64,000 bases of DNA from Flavobacteriaceae bacterium (GCA_030835825.1 JAURRA010000003.1:7038-71037), one strand, 5' to 3'; positions 29,754 through 43,000 are shown, counted from the first letter of the stretch. Made by a program: numbers and translations. The notes: generated by a model from the sequence alone, not told the origin.

Positions 29754-30902
29754 ATGAAACATTTACTTCTACTTCTATCTGTCTTTGGACTTCTTAGCAA
29801 TACCTCTTGCAAGGAGCAATACCCCGATATTGAAGACGGCCTATATGCTGAATTTGTCACCAACAAAGGTGTGATGCTTGCCGAGTTATATTATGACAAA
29901 ACCCCTGTAACTGTGGCTAATTTTGTAGCGCTATCTGAAGGCAAACATCCCCAGGTAAGCGAACAATTTAAAGGCAAACCCTTTTACAACGGTATTATCT
30001 TTCATCGAGTAATTAATGATTTCATGATTCAAGGTGGAGATCCAACAGGAACTGGAAGTGGAAATCCAGGCTATAGCTTCGGTGATGAATTCGACCCCGA
30101 ACTAAAACACGATCAGCCTGGGATTTTATCGATGGCCAATTCTGGACCTTCGACAAACGGCAGTCAGTTTTTCATCACTGAGGTTCCCACGCCTCACCTC
30201 GACAACCGCCATTCTGTTTTTGGCAAATTAGTTCTTGGTTTGGATATTCATGATAGTATTTCTAATGTGGCAACGGGTAGTAATGACAAACCTATTGAAC
30301 CGGTTGTTATTAAAGAGCTTAATATTATTAGAAAAGGCCAGGAAGCCAAAGCCTACAATACAGTTAAGGTGTGGGAAGAAGAACTCTCAAACATGGATAA
30401 ACGTGCAGCAGAGGCTGCAGCAAAGGCAAAAAAACTTAGAGAGGAAGCCGACGCAATGTCTCTTAAAGCAGCAAAAGAAATACTACCCACTATCACAGAC
30501 TACACGTCTAAGGCCAAGACCAACGCTTCAGGTCTAAAGGTTTACGTGATTAATCAGGGAGATGGTGAAAAATTAACAACTGGCAGTATGGCCGTAGTGT
30601 TTTACGAAGGTTATTTTACTGATGGTCTTTTATTCGATTCCAATCGCAGGGAGTGTGAGGAGCGCTATGGAAAGTTCAACCCCGAAAAAGAACAGTTGGG
30701 GATGTACGAAGCAGTAGAAATGAAAGTCGCTCCCGATGCACGCCTGATTGCAGGATTTAAAGAAGCTTTGGCAGGGATGCGGGTTGGCGAAAAGTCTTTC
30801 TTTTACGTTCCATCGCATCTGGCCTATGGAGCTAGCGGAAGAGGCCTCATTCCTCCCAACACCGATTTGACCTTTATTATAGAAATAATAGGTAAAAAAT
30901 AG
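29754..30902 (+). CDS. Dual-domain PPIase lipoprotein: N-terminal cyclophilin + C-terminal FKBP
   Basis: 382 aa. Cys in the signal peptide (LSNTSC). Cyclophilin motifs FHRVINDFMIQGGDPTGTGSGNPGY and GPSTNGSQFFIT. Lys/Ala/Glu-rich linker. FKBP motifs VVFYEGYFTDGLLFDSN and FYVPSHLAYG. Confidence 0.85.
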   Translation: MKHLLLLLSVFGLLSNTSCKEQYPDIEDGLYAEFVTNKGVMLAELYYDKTPVTVANFVALSEGKHPQVSEQFKGKPFYNGIIFHRVINDFMIQGGDPTGTGSGNPGYSFGDEFDPELKHDQPGILSMANSGPSTNGSQFFITEVPTPHLDNRHSVFGKLVLGLDIHDSISNVATGSNDKPIEPVVIKELNIIRKGQEAKAYNTVKVWEEELSNMDKRAAEAAAKAKKLREEADAMSLKAAKEILPTITDYTSKAKTNASGLKVYVINQGDGEKLTTGSMAVVFYEGYFTDGLLFDSNRRECEERYGKFNPEKEQLGMYEAVEMKVAPDARLIAGFKEALAGMRVGEKSFFYVPSHLAYGASGRGLIPPNTDLTFIIEIIGKK

Positions 30903-30941
30903 TCTCCTTTAGTATTCAGTTTGAAGCGAATTTAGTTGACT

Positions 30942-32174
30942 TTAAGCCAGCTGACCGGCGATATAAGCGGTTGTCCAGGCGGCTTGAAAATTAAATCCTC
31001 CGGTAATAGCATCGATATCTAACACCTCTCCTGCAAAATAGAGTCCGGTAAAAGATTTGCTTGACATCGTTTTTAGATTAATATGGCTCAAGGCAACCCC
31101 TCCGCAGGTGACAAATTCATCCTTGAATGTGGTTTTTCCTGAAACTTTATAAAGATCGTTGGCCAGCAACTCTGCCAATTGTCTGGCTTTTTTCTTTCCG
31201 AGTTCACTCCAACGCTTGTTATCTGGAATCCCACATTTATCGAGTAAAAACACCCAAAGTCTATTGGGCAGTGGAAATGCCTTTTGGTTAGTTATCATTT
31301 TTTGAGGATATGCCGTAACACATCGCTCTAATTCTTGATAAATAATTTCAGTATTTCTTTCAGAAACCCAATTGACCTGTATATCGAATTGATAATCAAA
31401 TTTTGAAAGTTCCCTAGCACCAAAAGATGATGCCTTTAGAATAGCTGGTCCGCTCATCCCCCAATGGGTTATCAGCAGAGGTCCTGAAGTTTCGATACCC
31501 AACCACAGTATCCTGACTTTTGCATTTTCTACTACAACTCCTGTCAAATTGGTAATAGATTCTTCCGGCATATTGAAAGTAAACAATGATGGTACGGGAC
31601 GAATAATCAGGTGCCCCAAGTCTTCGAGCCAATCAAAACTACTTAGCTTTGGACTGCCTCCAGTCGCAACAATAACCCTATCAAATAATTGCGGGCTAGC
31701 GTCTGTCGAAAAATTTATTTGCCATTGGTCTCGTTGAAAAATCATAGACTGAACTGAAGACTGATAAGCAATAGTTACACCTAGTTGCTGAACCTCGTCG
31801 AGGAGACAATTTATTATTGTTTGTGAATCGTTTGAAACTGGAAAGACTCTTCCATCCGACTCTGTTTTTAGTGCAACCCCTCGCGACTCAAACCAGTTTA
31901 TGGTGTCGGCTGTATCAAACCGATGAAAGCTATTTCGCAATTGCTTACCACCCCTAGGATAAGCCATACAGAGCTCAGAAATATCCGAAATTGCATTGGT
32001 CACATTGCAGCGTCCTCCGCCAGAAACTTTCACCTTGGCTAAAACCTTGGTTGTTTTTTCAAACAATATAACCTCAGCTTGGGGATGGTGTGACTTGGCA
32101 GATAGAGCAGCAAAAAAACCCGCTGCACCGCCGCCCAAAACTGCCACCTTTTTTATTCCTGTCATATTCTTCAC
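30942..32174 (-). CDS. HI0933/YhiN/BaiN-family NAD(P)/FAD-dependent flavoprotein
   Basis: 410 aa. KVAVLGGGAAGFFAA and SGGGRCNVTN. Confidence 0.85.
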   Translation of the reverse strand: MKNMTGIKKVAVLGGGAAGFFAALSAKSHHPQAEVILFEKTTKVLAKVKVSGGGRCNVTNAISDISELCMAYPRGGKQLRNSFHRFDTADTINWFESRGVALKTESDGRVFPVSNDSQTIINCLLDEVQQLGVTIAYQSSVQSMIFQRDQWQINFSTDASPQLFDRVIVATGGSPKLSSFDWLEDLGHLIIRPVPSLFTFNMPEESITNLTGVVVENAKVRILWLGIETSGPLLITHWGMSGPAILKASSFGARELSKFDYQFDIQVNWVSERNTEIIYQELERCVTAYPQKMITNQKAFPLPNRLWVFLLDKCGIPDNKRWSELGKKKARQLAELLANDLYKVSGKTTFKDEFVTCGGVALSHINLKTMSSKSFTGLYFAGEVLDIDAITGGFNFQAAWTTAYIAGQLA

Positions 32175-32265
32175 CCCTTCTGTAAACCCTATGAGACGTG
32201 TTTAAATTTCTACACTATAAACCTGATTCGGTATTCATTAGGCAGACAAACCTTCATCTAGCCTA

Positions 32266-32293
32266 ACAAAAAGCCCCAACTCTTGGTTGGGGC
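32266..32293 (-). terminator. Rho-independent terminator downstream of fabI
   Basis: GCCCCAAC (32273-32280) / GTTGGGGC (32286-32293) stem. On the minus strand it is followed by TTTTTG. Confidence 0.65.
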
Positions 32294-32318
32294 TCTTTAG
32301 GCTTATTAAGATGTCATT

Positions 32319-33128
32319 TTATTTAAATCTGTCCATAACCAAGTCACTTACACCCATATTACTGAAACCGCCATCATTGTAGAGGTTTTGGAGAGTCACC
32401 CGTTTCGTAAGATCACTAAACAAACTAATAGTATAATTAGCACAATCAAGAGCGGTAGCGTTACCCAATGGTGACATTTGATCGGCATAAGTAATAAAAC
32501 CATCAAATCCCTTTACGCCCTGTCCAGCCGTGGTAGGTGTTGGAGATTGGGAAATTGTATTGACGCGTACCTTTTTGTCCCGCCCAAAAAAGTAACCGAA
32601 ACTTCGTGCTATACTTTCCAGATATGCCTTATTGTCGGCCATATCATTATAATCGGGAAATACACGTTGTGCAGCCATATAAGTCAGTGCCACAATACTT
32701 CCCCATTCATTCATAGCGTCCTTATTGTACAAGGTTTGCATCAACTTGTGAAAAGACATCGCTGACACATCGGTACCCTTTTGAGTCCAATCGTAATTTT
32801 GATCCATGTAGGCACGACCCTTTCTTACATTTACAGACATACCTATAGAGTGCAAAACAAAGTCAAGTTTACCGCCAAGATGCTGTACGGCCTGATCGAC
32901 CAAGCGCTCCAAATCTTCAATTGAAGTAGCGTCTGCTGGAATAACTATTGATCCTGTTTGTTCAGCCAACTCGTTTATCTGTCCCATTCTCATAGCCACA
33001 GGCGCATTGGTTAGCACAAATTGCCCTCCCTCTTCATGAACGCGACTCGCGGTTATCCAAGCGATAGAGTTTTCGTCCAAGGCTCCAAAAATAATTCCTC
33101 TTTTTCCTGCTAATAAGTTATTTGCCAT
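32319..33128 (-). CDS. fabI: Enoyl-[acyl-carrier-protein] reductase (FabI-type SDR)
   Basis: 269 aa. LAGKRGIIFGALDENSIAW and a Tyr/Lys region YMAAQRVFPDYNDMADNKAYLE. Confidence 0.78.
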   Translation of the reverse strand: MANNLLAGKRGIIFGALDENSIAWITASRVHEEGGQFVLTNAPVAMRMGQINELAEQTGSIVIPADATSIEDLERLVDQAVQHLGGKLDFVLHSIGMSVNVRKGRAYMDQNYDWTQKGTDVSAMSFHKLMQTLYNKDAMNEWGSIVALTYMAAQRVFPDYNDMADNKAYLESIARSFGYFFGRDKKVRVNTISQSPTPTTAGQGVKGFDGFITYADQMSPLGNATALDCANYTISLFSDLTKRVTLQNLYNDGGFSNMGVSDLVMDRFK

Positions 33129-33176
33129 TGTGGATCAAATTTTAATTGTTCAGTATTTTAACGGCAAAGATAACTA

Positions 33177-34829
33177 TTAATTCAATAATTCTTTGGCATT
33201 GGCAATAGCAGCTTTAGTCAAGCTTGAACCGCTTACCATGGCAGCAATTTCCTCGATACGTTGATCCTTACTTAACGACCGGATCAGCACCACGGTTTTG
33301 TCCGCACCACTTGACTTAAATACTTTAAAATGATTTTTTCCTTGGGCTGCTATTTGAGGTAAATGAGTAATAGCAATAACTTGCATGTTTTGACCCATTT
33401 GAGCCATAATACCACCCATTTTACTGGCAATTTCGCCCGAAACACCTGTGTCAATTTCATCAAAAATAAGGGCCGGCAAGTTTTGATGCTGTGAAAGCAT
33501 AGCCTTAACTACCAGCATAATTCGAGACAATTCTCCCCCTGAGGCTGACTTTTTTAAACTTTGAAACGAACCTCCTTTGGTAGAACAAAACGACCATACT
33601 ACAGTATCACAACCAGAAGACAGAAACTCCTCACTTGAACTCAATTTCAAATCAAACCTTGCGTCAGGCATACCCAAAGCTTTTAAGTTTGATTCTAGAA
33701 ATTTTACTGTTTGCGGAATTGCCAGTTTCCTTTTCTTATGAAGTTCATTAGAAATATTTAGCAATTGCTTCTTATGATCTGCCACTAAATTCTTTTGGTC
33801 AAGAATCGATTGATCGATATTATCAATTCGTTGCAAATCATGATCAAGCTTTTCGGCTTTTGCTATCAAGTCCTCTACCGTCTTCACTTTGTGTTTGGTT
33901 AACAGCAATTGTAGGTTATGAATTTGCGTGTTAACCGTATCTAATCGTTCTGGATTGGATTCAACGCTGCTTAGATGCTCATCTACATCCGATAATACAT
34001 CGTCCAATTCTATCAAAGCAGAACTGATTCGTTCCAATAAATTTTGATATTTAGGAGACATTGTTGCGATAGGATTCAAGCACAACTTGATTTGTCTGAG
34101 CATTTCTGTTATACCCACATCGTCGGCGCTGAGGGTTTGTTTGGCCAAGGCCAAAGCATGTTCAATTTGATCAACGTTCTGCAGTATTTCAAATTCTTCC
34201 TCTAAGTGTTCTAGCATGTCCACCTTTAGGTTGGCAGCCGTCAGTTCATCGAGCAAAAAGCTTTTGTAATCGCGGTCAACTGCATCTTGTTCTTGAGACT
34301 GGATCAAATCGTTGAGCTTCTGTTTCGAAGACTTATATACCACTAACTGTTTGATATATTCAGACAAATTTGGTGCATTACCGGCTACTTGGTCAAGGAC
34401 CTCCAGCTGGTAGGACTGCTCCAACAAAGATCGTGTTTGGTGCTGCGTATGAATGTCTATCAAATGATCGCTCAATTCACTCAACAACTGCAAGGAAACA
34501 GGAGTGTCATTAACAAAGGCTCTAGATTTGCCGCTAGTCAAGATTTCACGCCTAATAATAGTCTGGTCTTCGTAGTCCAAATCATTGGATTCAAAAAAAG
34601 AATGTAAAGACAATCCTTCAATCATAAAATGAGCTTCGATAATGCACTTGTGATTTTTGTTCAAAATATGAGACTGGTCAGAACGCGCGCCAAGGACGAG
34701 AGACAACCCGCCGAGAATGATAGACTTCCCAGCTCCTGTTTCTCCTGTGATCGTTGAGAAACCAGGCTCAAAATCAACAGACAATTGATCTATGAGAGCA
34801 TAATTCTTTATAGTTAGACGCTTAAGCAA
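33177..34829 (-). CDS. recN: DNA repair protein RecN
   Basis: 550 aa. ITGETGAGKSIILGGLSLVLG, a long coiled-coil centre, ASGGELSRIML, and LIFDEIDTGVSG. TTG start codon. Confidence 0.92.
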   Translation of the reverse strand: MLKRLTIKNYALIDQLSVDFEPGFSTITGETGAGKSIILGGLSLVLGARSDQSHILNKNHKCIIEAHFMIEGLSLHSFFESNDLDYEDQTIIRREILTSGKSRAFVNDTPVSLQLLSELSDHLIDIHTQHQTRSLLEQSYQLEVLDQVAGNAPNLSEYIKQLVVYKSSKQKLNDLIQSQEQDAVDRDYKSFLLDELTAANLKVDMLEHLEEEFEILQNVDQIEHALALAKQTLSADDVGITEMLRQIKLCLNPIATMSPKYQNLLERISSALIELDDVLSDVDEHLSSVESNPERLDTVNTQIHNLQLLLTKHKVKTVEDLIAKAEKLDHDLQRIDNIDQSILDQKNLVADHKKQLLNISNELHKKRKLAIPQTVKFLESNLKALGMPDARFDLKLSSSEEFLSSGCDTVVWSFCSTKGGSFQSLKKSASGGELSRIMLVVKAMLSQHQNLPALIFDEIDTGVSGEIASKMGGIMAQMGQNMQVIAITHLPQIAAQGKNHFKVFKSSGADKTVVLIRSLSKDQRIEEIAAMVSGSSLTKAAIANAKELLN

Positions 34830-34845
34830 GAGTAAATGATTTGTA

Positions 34846-34853
34846 CAAATTTA
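34846..34853 (-). promoter_or_regulatory. Candidate -7 box (TAAATTTG on the minus strand) for recN
   Basis: TAnnTTTG match 17 nt upstream of the recN TTG start. It overlaps the 12-bp palindrome at 34839-34850. Confidence 0.4.
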
Positions 34854-34873
34854 CATTAAATCGACAAGAAAAA

Positions 34874-35767
34874 TCAGAATTTAATTCTACGCCAACGCTC
34901 TGAAGAAGTTGGTGACATTTGAGTCAAGGCAGTCAAAAGATCATCGACAGGAACCTGGGGTCCATCAGAAAAAATATTAGCAATTTCATCGCCTTTAGCG
35001 TCAAAAAAAACGCGAATAGAAAAGGAATTTGGCCTGCGATTATTTATCGACTGTAATGACACAATGGCTTTTGAGATCTGGATTTTAGCACCCTCTGGAT
35101 CATCCGTCATTTGATCTAAACCCAACCGGTGATATTGGTACAAACAAGAACGCAAGGGTTTAAAAGTGGGAGATAATAGTTGTTCTAATAGCGTAAATCG
35201 GGATTGCTGTCCGCTACTGGCACTCCAACCGTCAAATCCACTTGACTGCGAATAATCCAATATCTTTTGAGCCTTTAGAAAGTATTTATCTCCGCCTGAA
35301 TTGGCAAAAGTATCGGCATCCATTGCTAAAATCATGTACAAATGAAAAGTTATTACCGAAGCTAAATTAGACTCAAATTGAGATGGGTTGAAAATGATAT
35401 TTTGAAATGAAATAAAGTCAAAATCAAAGTTTTTGTCATTGTAGTTGTAAATCAAAGATTCGTAAGACGAGTCGTAAACTGGCCGGGAAGCACTAACTTG
35501 AAGCTGCGTACTGAATTTATCGCCTTTATTTTCTGAAACAGCAATTACAAAGCTGCAATTGATTCTTTGATTGTTGTCTAGTCTTTGACCCGTCCAAGAG
35601 GTGTTATTGATAAACTCAGTCAATTGTTTTTCCAAATTTTTATAAATGGGCAAACTCTCGCTACCTGTTTTATCAGCATTCACTACTACGCTGGCGTTGA
35701 ACTCTTGTGCTTGAGCAACAGCACAGCCGATCATCAAATAAAGGCAGTAATGAATAAGCTTAATCAT
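34874..35767 (-). CDS. DUF4835-family protein (PorD-like, type IX secretion associated)
   Basis: 297 aa with a signal peptide. It occupies the recN/coaBC neighbourhood typical of DUF4835 in Bacteroidota. Family assigned from memory of synteny and general sequence character. Confidence 0.55.
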   Translation of the reverse strand: MIKLIHYCLYLMIGCAVAQAQEFNASVVVNADKTGSESLPIYKNLEKQLTEFINNTSWTGQRLDNNQRINCSFVIAVSENKGDKFSTQLQVSASRPVYDSSYESLIYNYNDKNFDFDFISFQNIIFNPSQFESNLASVITFHLYMILAMDADTFANSGGDKYFLKAQKILDYSQSSGFDGWSASSGQQSRFTLLEQLLSPTFKPLRSCLYQYHRLGLDQMTDDPEGAKIQISKAIVSLQSINNRRPNSFSIRVFFDAKGDEIANIFSDGPQVPVDDLLTALTQMSPTSSERWRRIKF

Positions 35768-36971
35768 GTTTTTGCTTTAGAATAAATTCACAAATTTCTT
35801 GAGCCACTATACTCTTGTCTTTTAACTCCAGCGGAAAAGCACTCAACTGTTTATCTATTAAAGTCACTTGATTTGTTGTTGTTCCGAACCCAGCGCCGGT
35901 GTCCCTCAGCGAATTTAGAACGATCAAATCACAGTTTTTATTTTGCAATTTCGCTTTTGCATAGGTCAATGCGTTGTGGGTTTCTAGAGCAAAACCAATC
36001 AAATATTGTTTCTTCTTCTGCTCGCCGCACCACGCCAAAATGTCCGGATTTTTAACCAATATCAGTTCCAGTGGCTTATCGGACTTTTTTAATTTGATAT
36101 CAGAGGCTGCTACAGGCTTGTAATCGGCAACGGCAGCCGAACAAATGGCAATATCTGCTTTTTGGAAATTCTTTTTTACAACTTCCATCATGTCATCGGC
36201 GGTTATTACCCTATGCGTTCTAATATTCGGATGATCAGATATCAAATGAGTGGGGCCAGAAATCAGTATCACTTCAGCACCCAACTGGGCTGCAACCTCA
36301 GCCAAGCGATAACCCATGGTACCAGTGGAGTGGTTGCCAATATATCTCACAGGATCGATAGGCTCGTGGGTTGGGCCAGCAGTAATCATTACAGTTTTTC
36401 CATACCAAGGTGCATTGTGCAGCAAATGATCGGAGAGATAACTAACAATATGTTCAGGTTCCGCCATACGACCATACCCCACCAATCCACTAGCCAACTC
36501 CCCTTCCTCAGCTGGGATTATGGTCACGCCGTTTGAACTGAGCTTCTCTAAGTTCGCTGTCGTCGAAAGATGTTGGTACATATCTAGATCCATAGCAGGA
36601 GCGACATAGGTTGGGCATTTAGCTGACAGATAAGTAGCTAGTAACAAATTGTCGCACTGACCAGAACTCATTTTTGACAAAGTATTGGCGGTAGCAGGCG
36701 CAATCAAAAACAAATCGGCCCATAGACCTAAGTCAACATGATTGTTCCAAACTGGATTCTCTTGTTCGGTATTTGAAAATTCACTTAAAACAGGATGTTT
36801 TGACAGCGTTGAAAGGGTAAGCGGGGTGACAAATTCTTTCGAGGCAGGTGTCATGACTACCCGCACATCAGCACCGTGTTTGATCAACAAACGCACTAAG
36901 GCAACAGATTTATAAGCAGCAATCCCAGCACTTATGCCTAGGAGAACTCTTTTGCCGCTTAAAATAGACAT
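35760..36971 (-). CDS. coaBC: Bifunctional phosphopantothenoylcysteine decarboxylase / phosphopantothenate-cysteine ligase
   Basis: 403 aa. GISAGIAAYK, PATANTLSKM, TAGPTHEPIDPVRYIGNHSTG, and AAVADYKP. Confidence 0.92.
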   Translation of the reverse strand: MSILSGKRVLLGISAGIAAYKSVALVRLLIKHGADVRVVMTPASKEFVTPLTLSTLSKHPVLSEFSNTEQENPVWNNHVDLGLWADLFLIAPATANTLSKMSSGQCDNLLLATYLSAKCPTYVAPAMDLDMYQHLSTTANLEKLSSNGVTIIPAEEGELASGLVGYGRMAEPEHIVSYLSDHLLHNAPWYGKTVMITAGPTHEPIDPVRYIGNHSTGTMGYRLAEVAAQLGAEVILISGPTHLISDHPNIRTHRVITADDMMEVVKKNFQKADIAICSAAVADYKPVAASDIKLKKSDKPLELILVKNPDILAWCGEQKKKQYLIGFALETHNALTYAKAKLQNKNCDLIVLNSLRDTGAGFGTTTNQVTLIDKQLSAFPLELKDKSIVAQEICEFILKQKHD

Positions 36972-36977
36972 GATGGT

Positions 36978-37310
36978 TTATGAGTCTTGATCCTCGTCTT
37001 CAAGACGACGGTAATAGATTTTTTCTTCAAGCCACTCTTGAACAGCAAGGGCATGAGGCTTGGGAAGGCGTTCGTAAAATTTTGAAACTTCGATTTGCTC
37101 TTTATTCTCAAAAATTTCTTCTAAACTTTCGTTGTAAGTTGCAAATTCTTCCAATTTTTCAACCAATTCTTTGCGCATTTCTGAGCTAATCTGACCAGAA
37201 CGTTTTGCGATAATAGAAATGGCCTCATAGATGTTTCCTGTCGGAGCGTCAAGTAGATCCTTGTTGTAGGTTTCTGTTGTGGTTGGTGCTTCTACGTTTT
37301 TAAAATCCAT
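36978..37310 (-). CDS. rpoZ: RNA polymerase omega (Rpb6-like) subunit
   Basis: 110 aa. NIYEAISIIAKRSGQISSEMR. Position between coaBC and bamD is the conserved Bacteroidota arrangement. Confidence 0.65.
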   Translation of the reverse strand: MDFKNVEAPTTTETYNKDLLDAPTGNIYEAISIIAKRSGQISSEMRKELVEKLEEFATYNESLEEIFENKEQIEVSKFYERLPKPHALAVQEWLEEKIYYRRLEDEDQDS

Positions 37311-37320
37311 AATATTAAAA

Positions 37321-38124
37321 TTAGCTTTTTGCTTGTAATGATTTAATCAGTTGTTGTAGTTCTTCAGCCATTCTTTGTGCCTCGGGAAAATTTTCACTAT
37401 CGCTATAAGCACGCTCAAATGTACTAAAATAAGTTAAGGCCGTCTCGGCTCTTGCCTGTTGCTTCCACACTACACTCTTCAATGCCAATTGATAGGCAGC
37501 CTGCAGTCTAATAAAAAAAGCTTGTTTACGAAAACTTGTACCTGGGAAGTCAAGAATAAAATTGTCGAAAGATTTGATGCAGGCTTCATAGTCGTTGACA
37601 TTGTAATACAATTCTGCTATTTCAAATGCCTTTCTTTCAAGTTTATAATCTAATTCTCTAATGCAGGCATTGGTTTCAGCGAGAAACGACGTTTCGGGAA
37701 ATTGATTGATAAAGGCTTGGAGTTTTTCCAAAGCCAGATATGTATCGGTTTGATCGCGGCTGTAATTCGGGGCCAAATGGTAGTAACTTTTGGTCGCAAA
37801 GAAAGCCATTTCCTCAGCTTTTTCGCTTTCAGGATAAGACTCTACAAAACGCTCCATTTGATAATTTGAATTGTAATATTCTTTGTTGAAATAGAAAGTG
37901 TAGGCGTACATATACATTAACTTTTCGGCTTGAGGACGACCGCGATACAAGGGTACAATTTGTTCAAAAAGCCGACTGGCCTTACGGTATTTTCCCGCAT
38001 CATATAATTCAGTACCTAAACTGAACTTTTCGCCAATGTCTTCCGACTTAAGCGCTTTTTGATAAGGACTACAAGACGACAAAACGGCCGTTAGCGTTAA
38101 TATGTATATTAGACTTTTCTTCAT
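37321..38124 (-). CDS. bamD: Outer membrane protein assembly factor BamD
   Basis: From the internal ATG (MKKSLIYILTLTAVLSSCSPYQ, lipobox), followed by TPR-like repeats. The longer track ORF would run into dapA. Confidence 0.8.
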   Translation of the reverse strand: MKKSLIYILTLTAVLSSCSPYQKALKSEDIGEKFSLGTELYDAGKYRKASRLFEQIVPLYRGRPQAEKLMYMYAYTFYFNKEYYNSNYQMERFVESYPESEKAEEMAFFATKSYYHLAPNYSRDQTDTYLALEKLQAFINQFPETSFLAETNACIRELDYKLERKAFEIAELYYNVNDYEACIKSFDNFILDFPGTSFRKQAFFIRLQAAYQLALKSVVWKQQARAETALTYFSTFERAYSDSENFPEAQRMAEELQQLIKSLQAKS

Positions 38125-38170
38125 AACAATTGGATGGCAAAAGTAGGTATTAATAACGGATTTTGAAATA

Positions 38171-39055
38171 TTAAATTGTTGTGAATCGAGACATGGCATC
38201 CTCTATCTCTTTTTTCAAAGCATGAGATGCAGCAACCAATGGTAAACGAACGGTATCATTGCATAATTTCAATTGTTCGAAAACTGCTTTTATTCCTGCC
38301 GGATTGCCTTCTTTAAAAATCAATTCTATTAGAGGCATTATGGCATAATGAATGTCCAGGGCTTCTTTGAATTGGCCATTTAAGGCATGTTTTACCATAT
38401 TAGAAAAAGCTTTAGGAAAACCTTCTCCGATAACAGAAATTACTCCTGCTCCACCGGCTAGAATCATAGGCAGCGTAATCATATCGTCTCCTGAAATGAC
38501 CAAAAAGTCTTTGGGGACAATTCGTAATAATTCCAGTGCTTGAACCATATCTCCTGCCGCCTCCTTGATGGCAACTATATTTTCACAGTCATTGGCCAAA
38601 CGACATACGGTTTCAGGTTCGAGATTTTTAGAGGTACGACCAGGAACATTGTACAAAATGATCGGTTTGGATGACGCATCTGCTATATGCTTAAAATGTT
38701 GATATAACCCTTCTTGAGTTGGTTTATTGTAGTATGGCGATACCGAGAGAACAGCCACATACGCGCTTAAATCCGTGGTTTTGATTTTATGGACTACCAT
38801 AGCGGTATCATTCCCTCCAATACCCAAAACCAAAGGCAAACGATTTTGATTTGCTGATTCGATAGTGGCTTTCACCTTTGCTTGCTCTTCAAGAGTTAAA
38901 GTAGCACTCTCGCCCGTCGTGCCTAAAACAACAAGATAGTCCGTACCATTATCAATATTAAAATTGACTATATCGATAAGAGCTTCATAATCAACTCCTC
39001 CGTCCTTGAGAAACGGTGTAACAAGGGCCACACCCATACCTTTAATAGCGTCCAT
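38171..39055 (-). CDS. dapA: 4-hydroxy-tetrahydrodipicolinate synthase
   Basis: 294 aa. [27 protein letters not shown], and ILYNVPGRT. Confidence 0.93.
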   Translation of the reverse strand: MDAIKGMGVALVTPFLKDGGVDYEALIDIVNFNIDNGTDYLVVLGTTGESATLTLEEQAKVKATIESANQNRLPLVLGIGGNDTAMVVHKIKTTDLSAYVAVLSVSPYYNKPTQEGLYQHFKHIADASSKPIILYNVPGRTSKNLEPETVCRLANDCENIVAIKEAAGDMVQALELLRIVPKDFLVISGDDMITLPMILAGGAGVISVIGEGFPKAFSNMVKHALNGQFKEALDIHYAIMPLIELIFKEGNPAGIKAVFEQLKLCNDTVRLPLVAASHALKKEIEDAMSRFTTI

Positions 39056-39578
39056 TGGGTAATTTATTTAATTGAGATAAATATTTTCTTAATTCACTTA
39101 TCAGTAAATCAATTTGTTCAATTTTGACATCAATTATCAAGTCAAAACTCGACTCTTGAGAAGGTATCAAACCAAGTTTGAAATTAGCCTTAGACATGGC
39201 CGTAGTTATGGTTAATGCCCAGTTTTCCTCCCTATAAAAAGAAATCAATAAGTCAAAATTTTCATCCGTAAAAGTCTTTAGAGCAGGGTTGTGATGTTGC
39301 CCATTCCATCCAAAATCTTTGGCATAATAAAAAGAATCCCAACTGTTGTGAGGCGGCACATCATCAGGCAAAAGTCCAATAGTTTTTATTTGATTCATTC
39401 TAAAGCCAAGGCTCTCCAATTTACCGATAAATTCATTGGGCATTATATAATCATAAACTATACCAATCGTTGAAATGGCGCCAGGTCGCATTGGACTCGA
39501 CGGCTGAGAAAGCAATCGATTAATATGCTTTAAAATGGATTTTTTTTTCCAACGCTTGACAAACATGTTCACGATCAT
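39042..39578 (-). CDS. Hypothetical protein (conserved-looking, unknown function)
   Basis: 178 aa with no motif I can assign. It fills the ligA-dapA gap and overlaps the dapA start by 14 nt. Confidence 0.5.
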   Translation of the reverse strand: MIVNMFVKRWKKKSILKHINRLLSQPSSPMRPGAISTIGIVYDYIMPNEFIGKLESLGFRMNQIKTIGLLPDDVPPHNSWDSFYYAKDFGWNGQHHNPALKTFTDENFDLLISFYREENWALTITTAMSKANFKLGLIPSQESSFDLIIDVKIEQIDLLISELRKYLSQLNKLPNGRY

Positions 39579-39624
39579 ATAGACAAATGTAAGAAAATGA
39601 ATAGTTTAGAATGATAATTTAACA

Positions 39625-42508
<2,884 letters not shown>

Positions 42509-42512
<4 letters not shown>

Positions 42513-43000
42513 TGTAAAGATTTAAGCATTTTTATCTCGCAGGCATGATGACCTGTTTCACCAAGAGGTTGGTCGATAGGTAAAAATCCATGTGCCTTGA
42601 ACAAATGTAAGGCAGAGTGCAATTCAGATTTGCTTTCCAGATAACAGGACTGGTAACCTAAAGACTTTGCATGGCTTAAACAAATTGAAATGACTTGTTT
42701 GCCGAGCCCTAAGCCCCTGATGGATGGTGCAAAGTAGAATTTTTGGAGTTCACAGATGGAATCGTCAGCACCAGTCAACTGGCGAATTCCTCCTCCCCCG
42801 TAAACATTAACCCCATCTGACACAACGAAATACATGGACCTTGAGTCTGAATATGCAGCATACATATCATTTAGTTCAGGGTCGGCATAGGCGGTTCCAA
42901 CCAAAGGCAGATTGAGCTCAATAAATAAGCTTTGAATTACAGATTTAATTCCAGGATTGTCGGTAATTTCTATTTCTCGGATATGATAGGCAGAAGCCAT
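42509..43000 (-). CDS. GNAT family N-acetyltransferase
   Basis: 163 aa. LQKFYFAPSIRGLGLGKQVI acetyl-CoA binding pattern. Confidence 0.8.
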
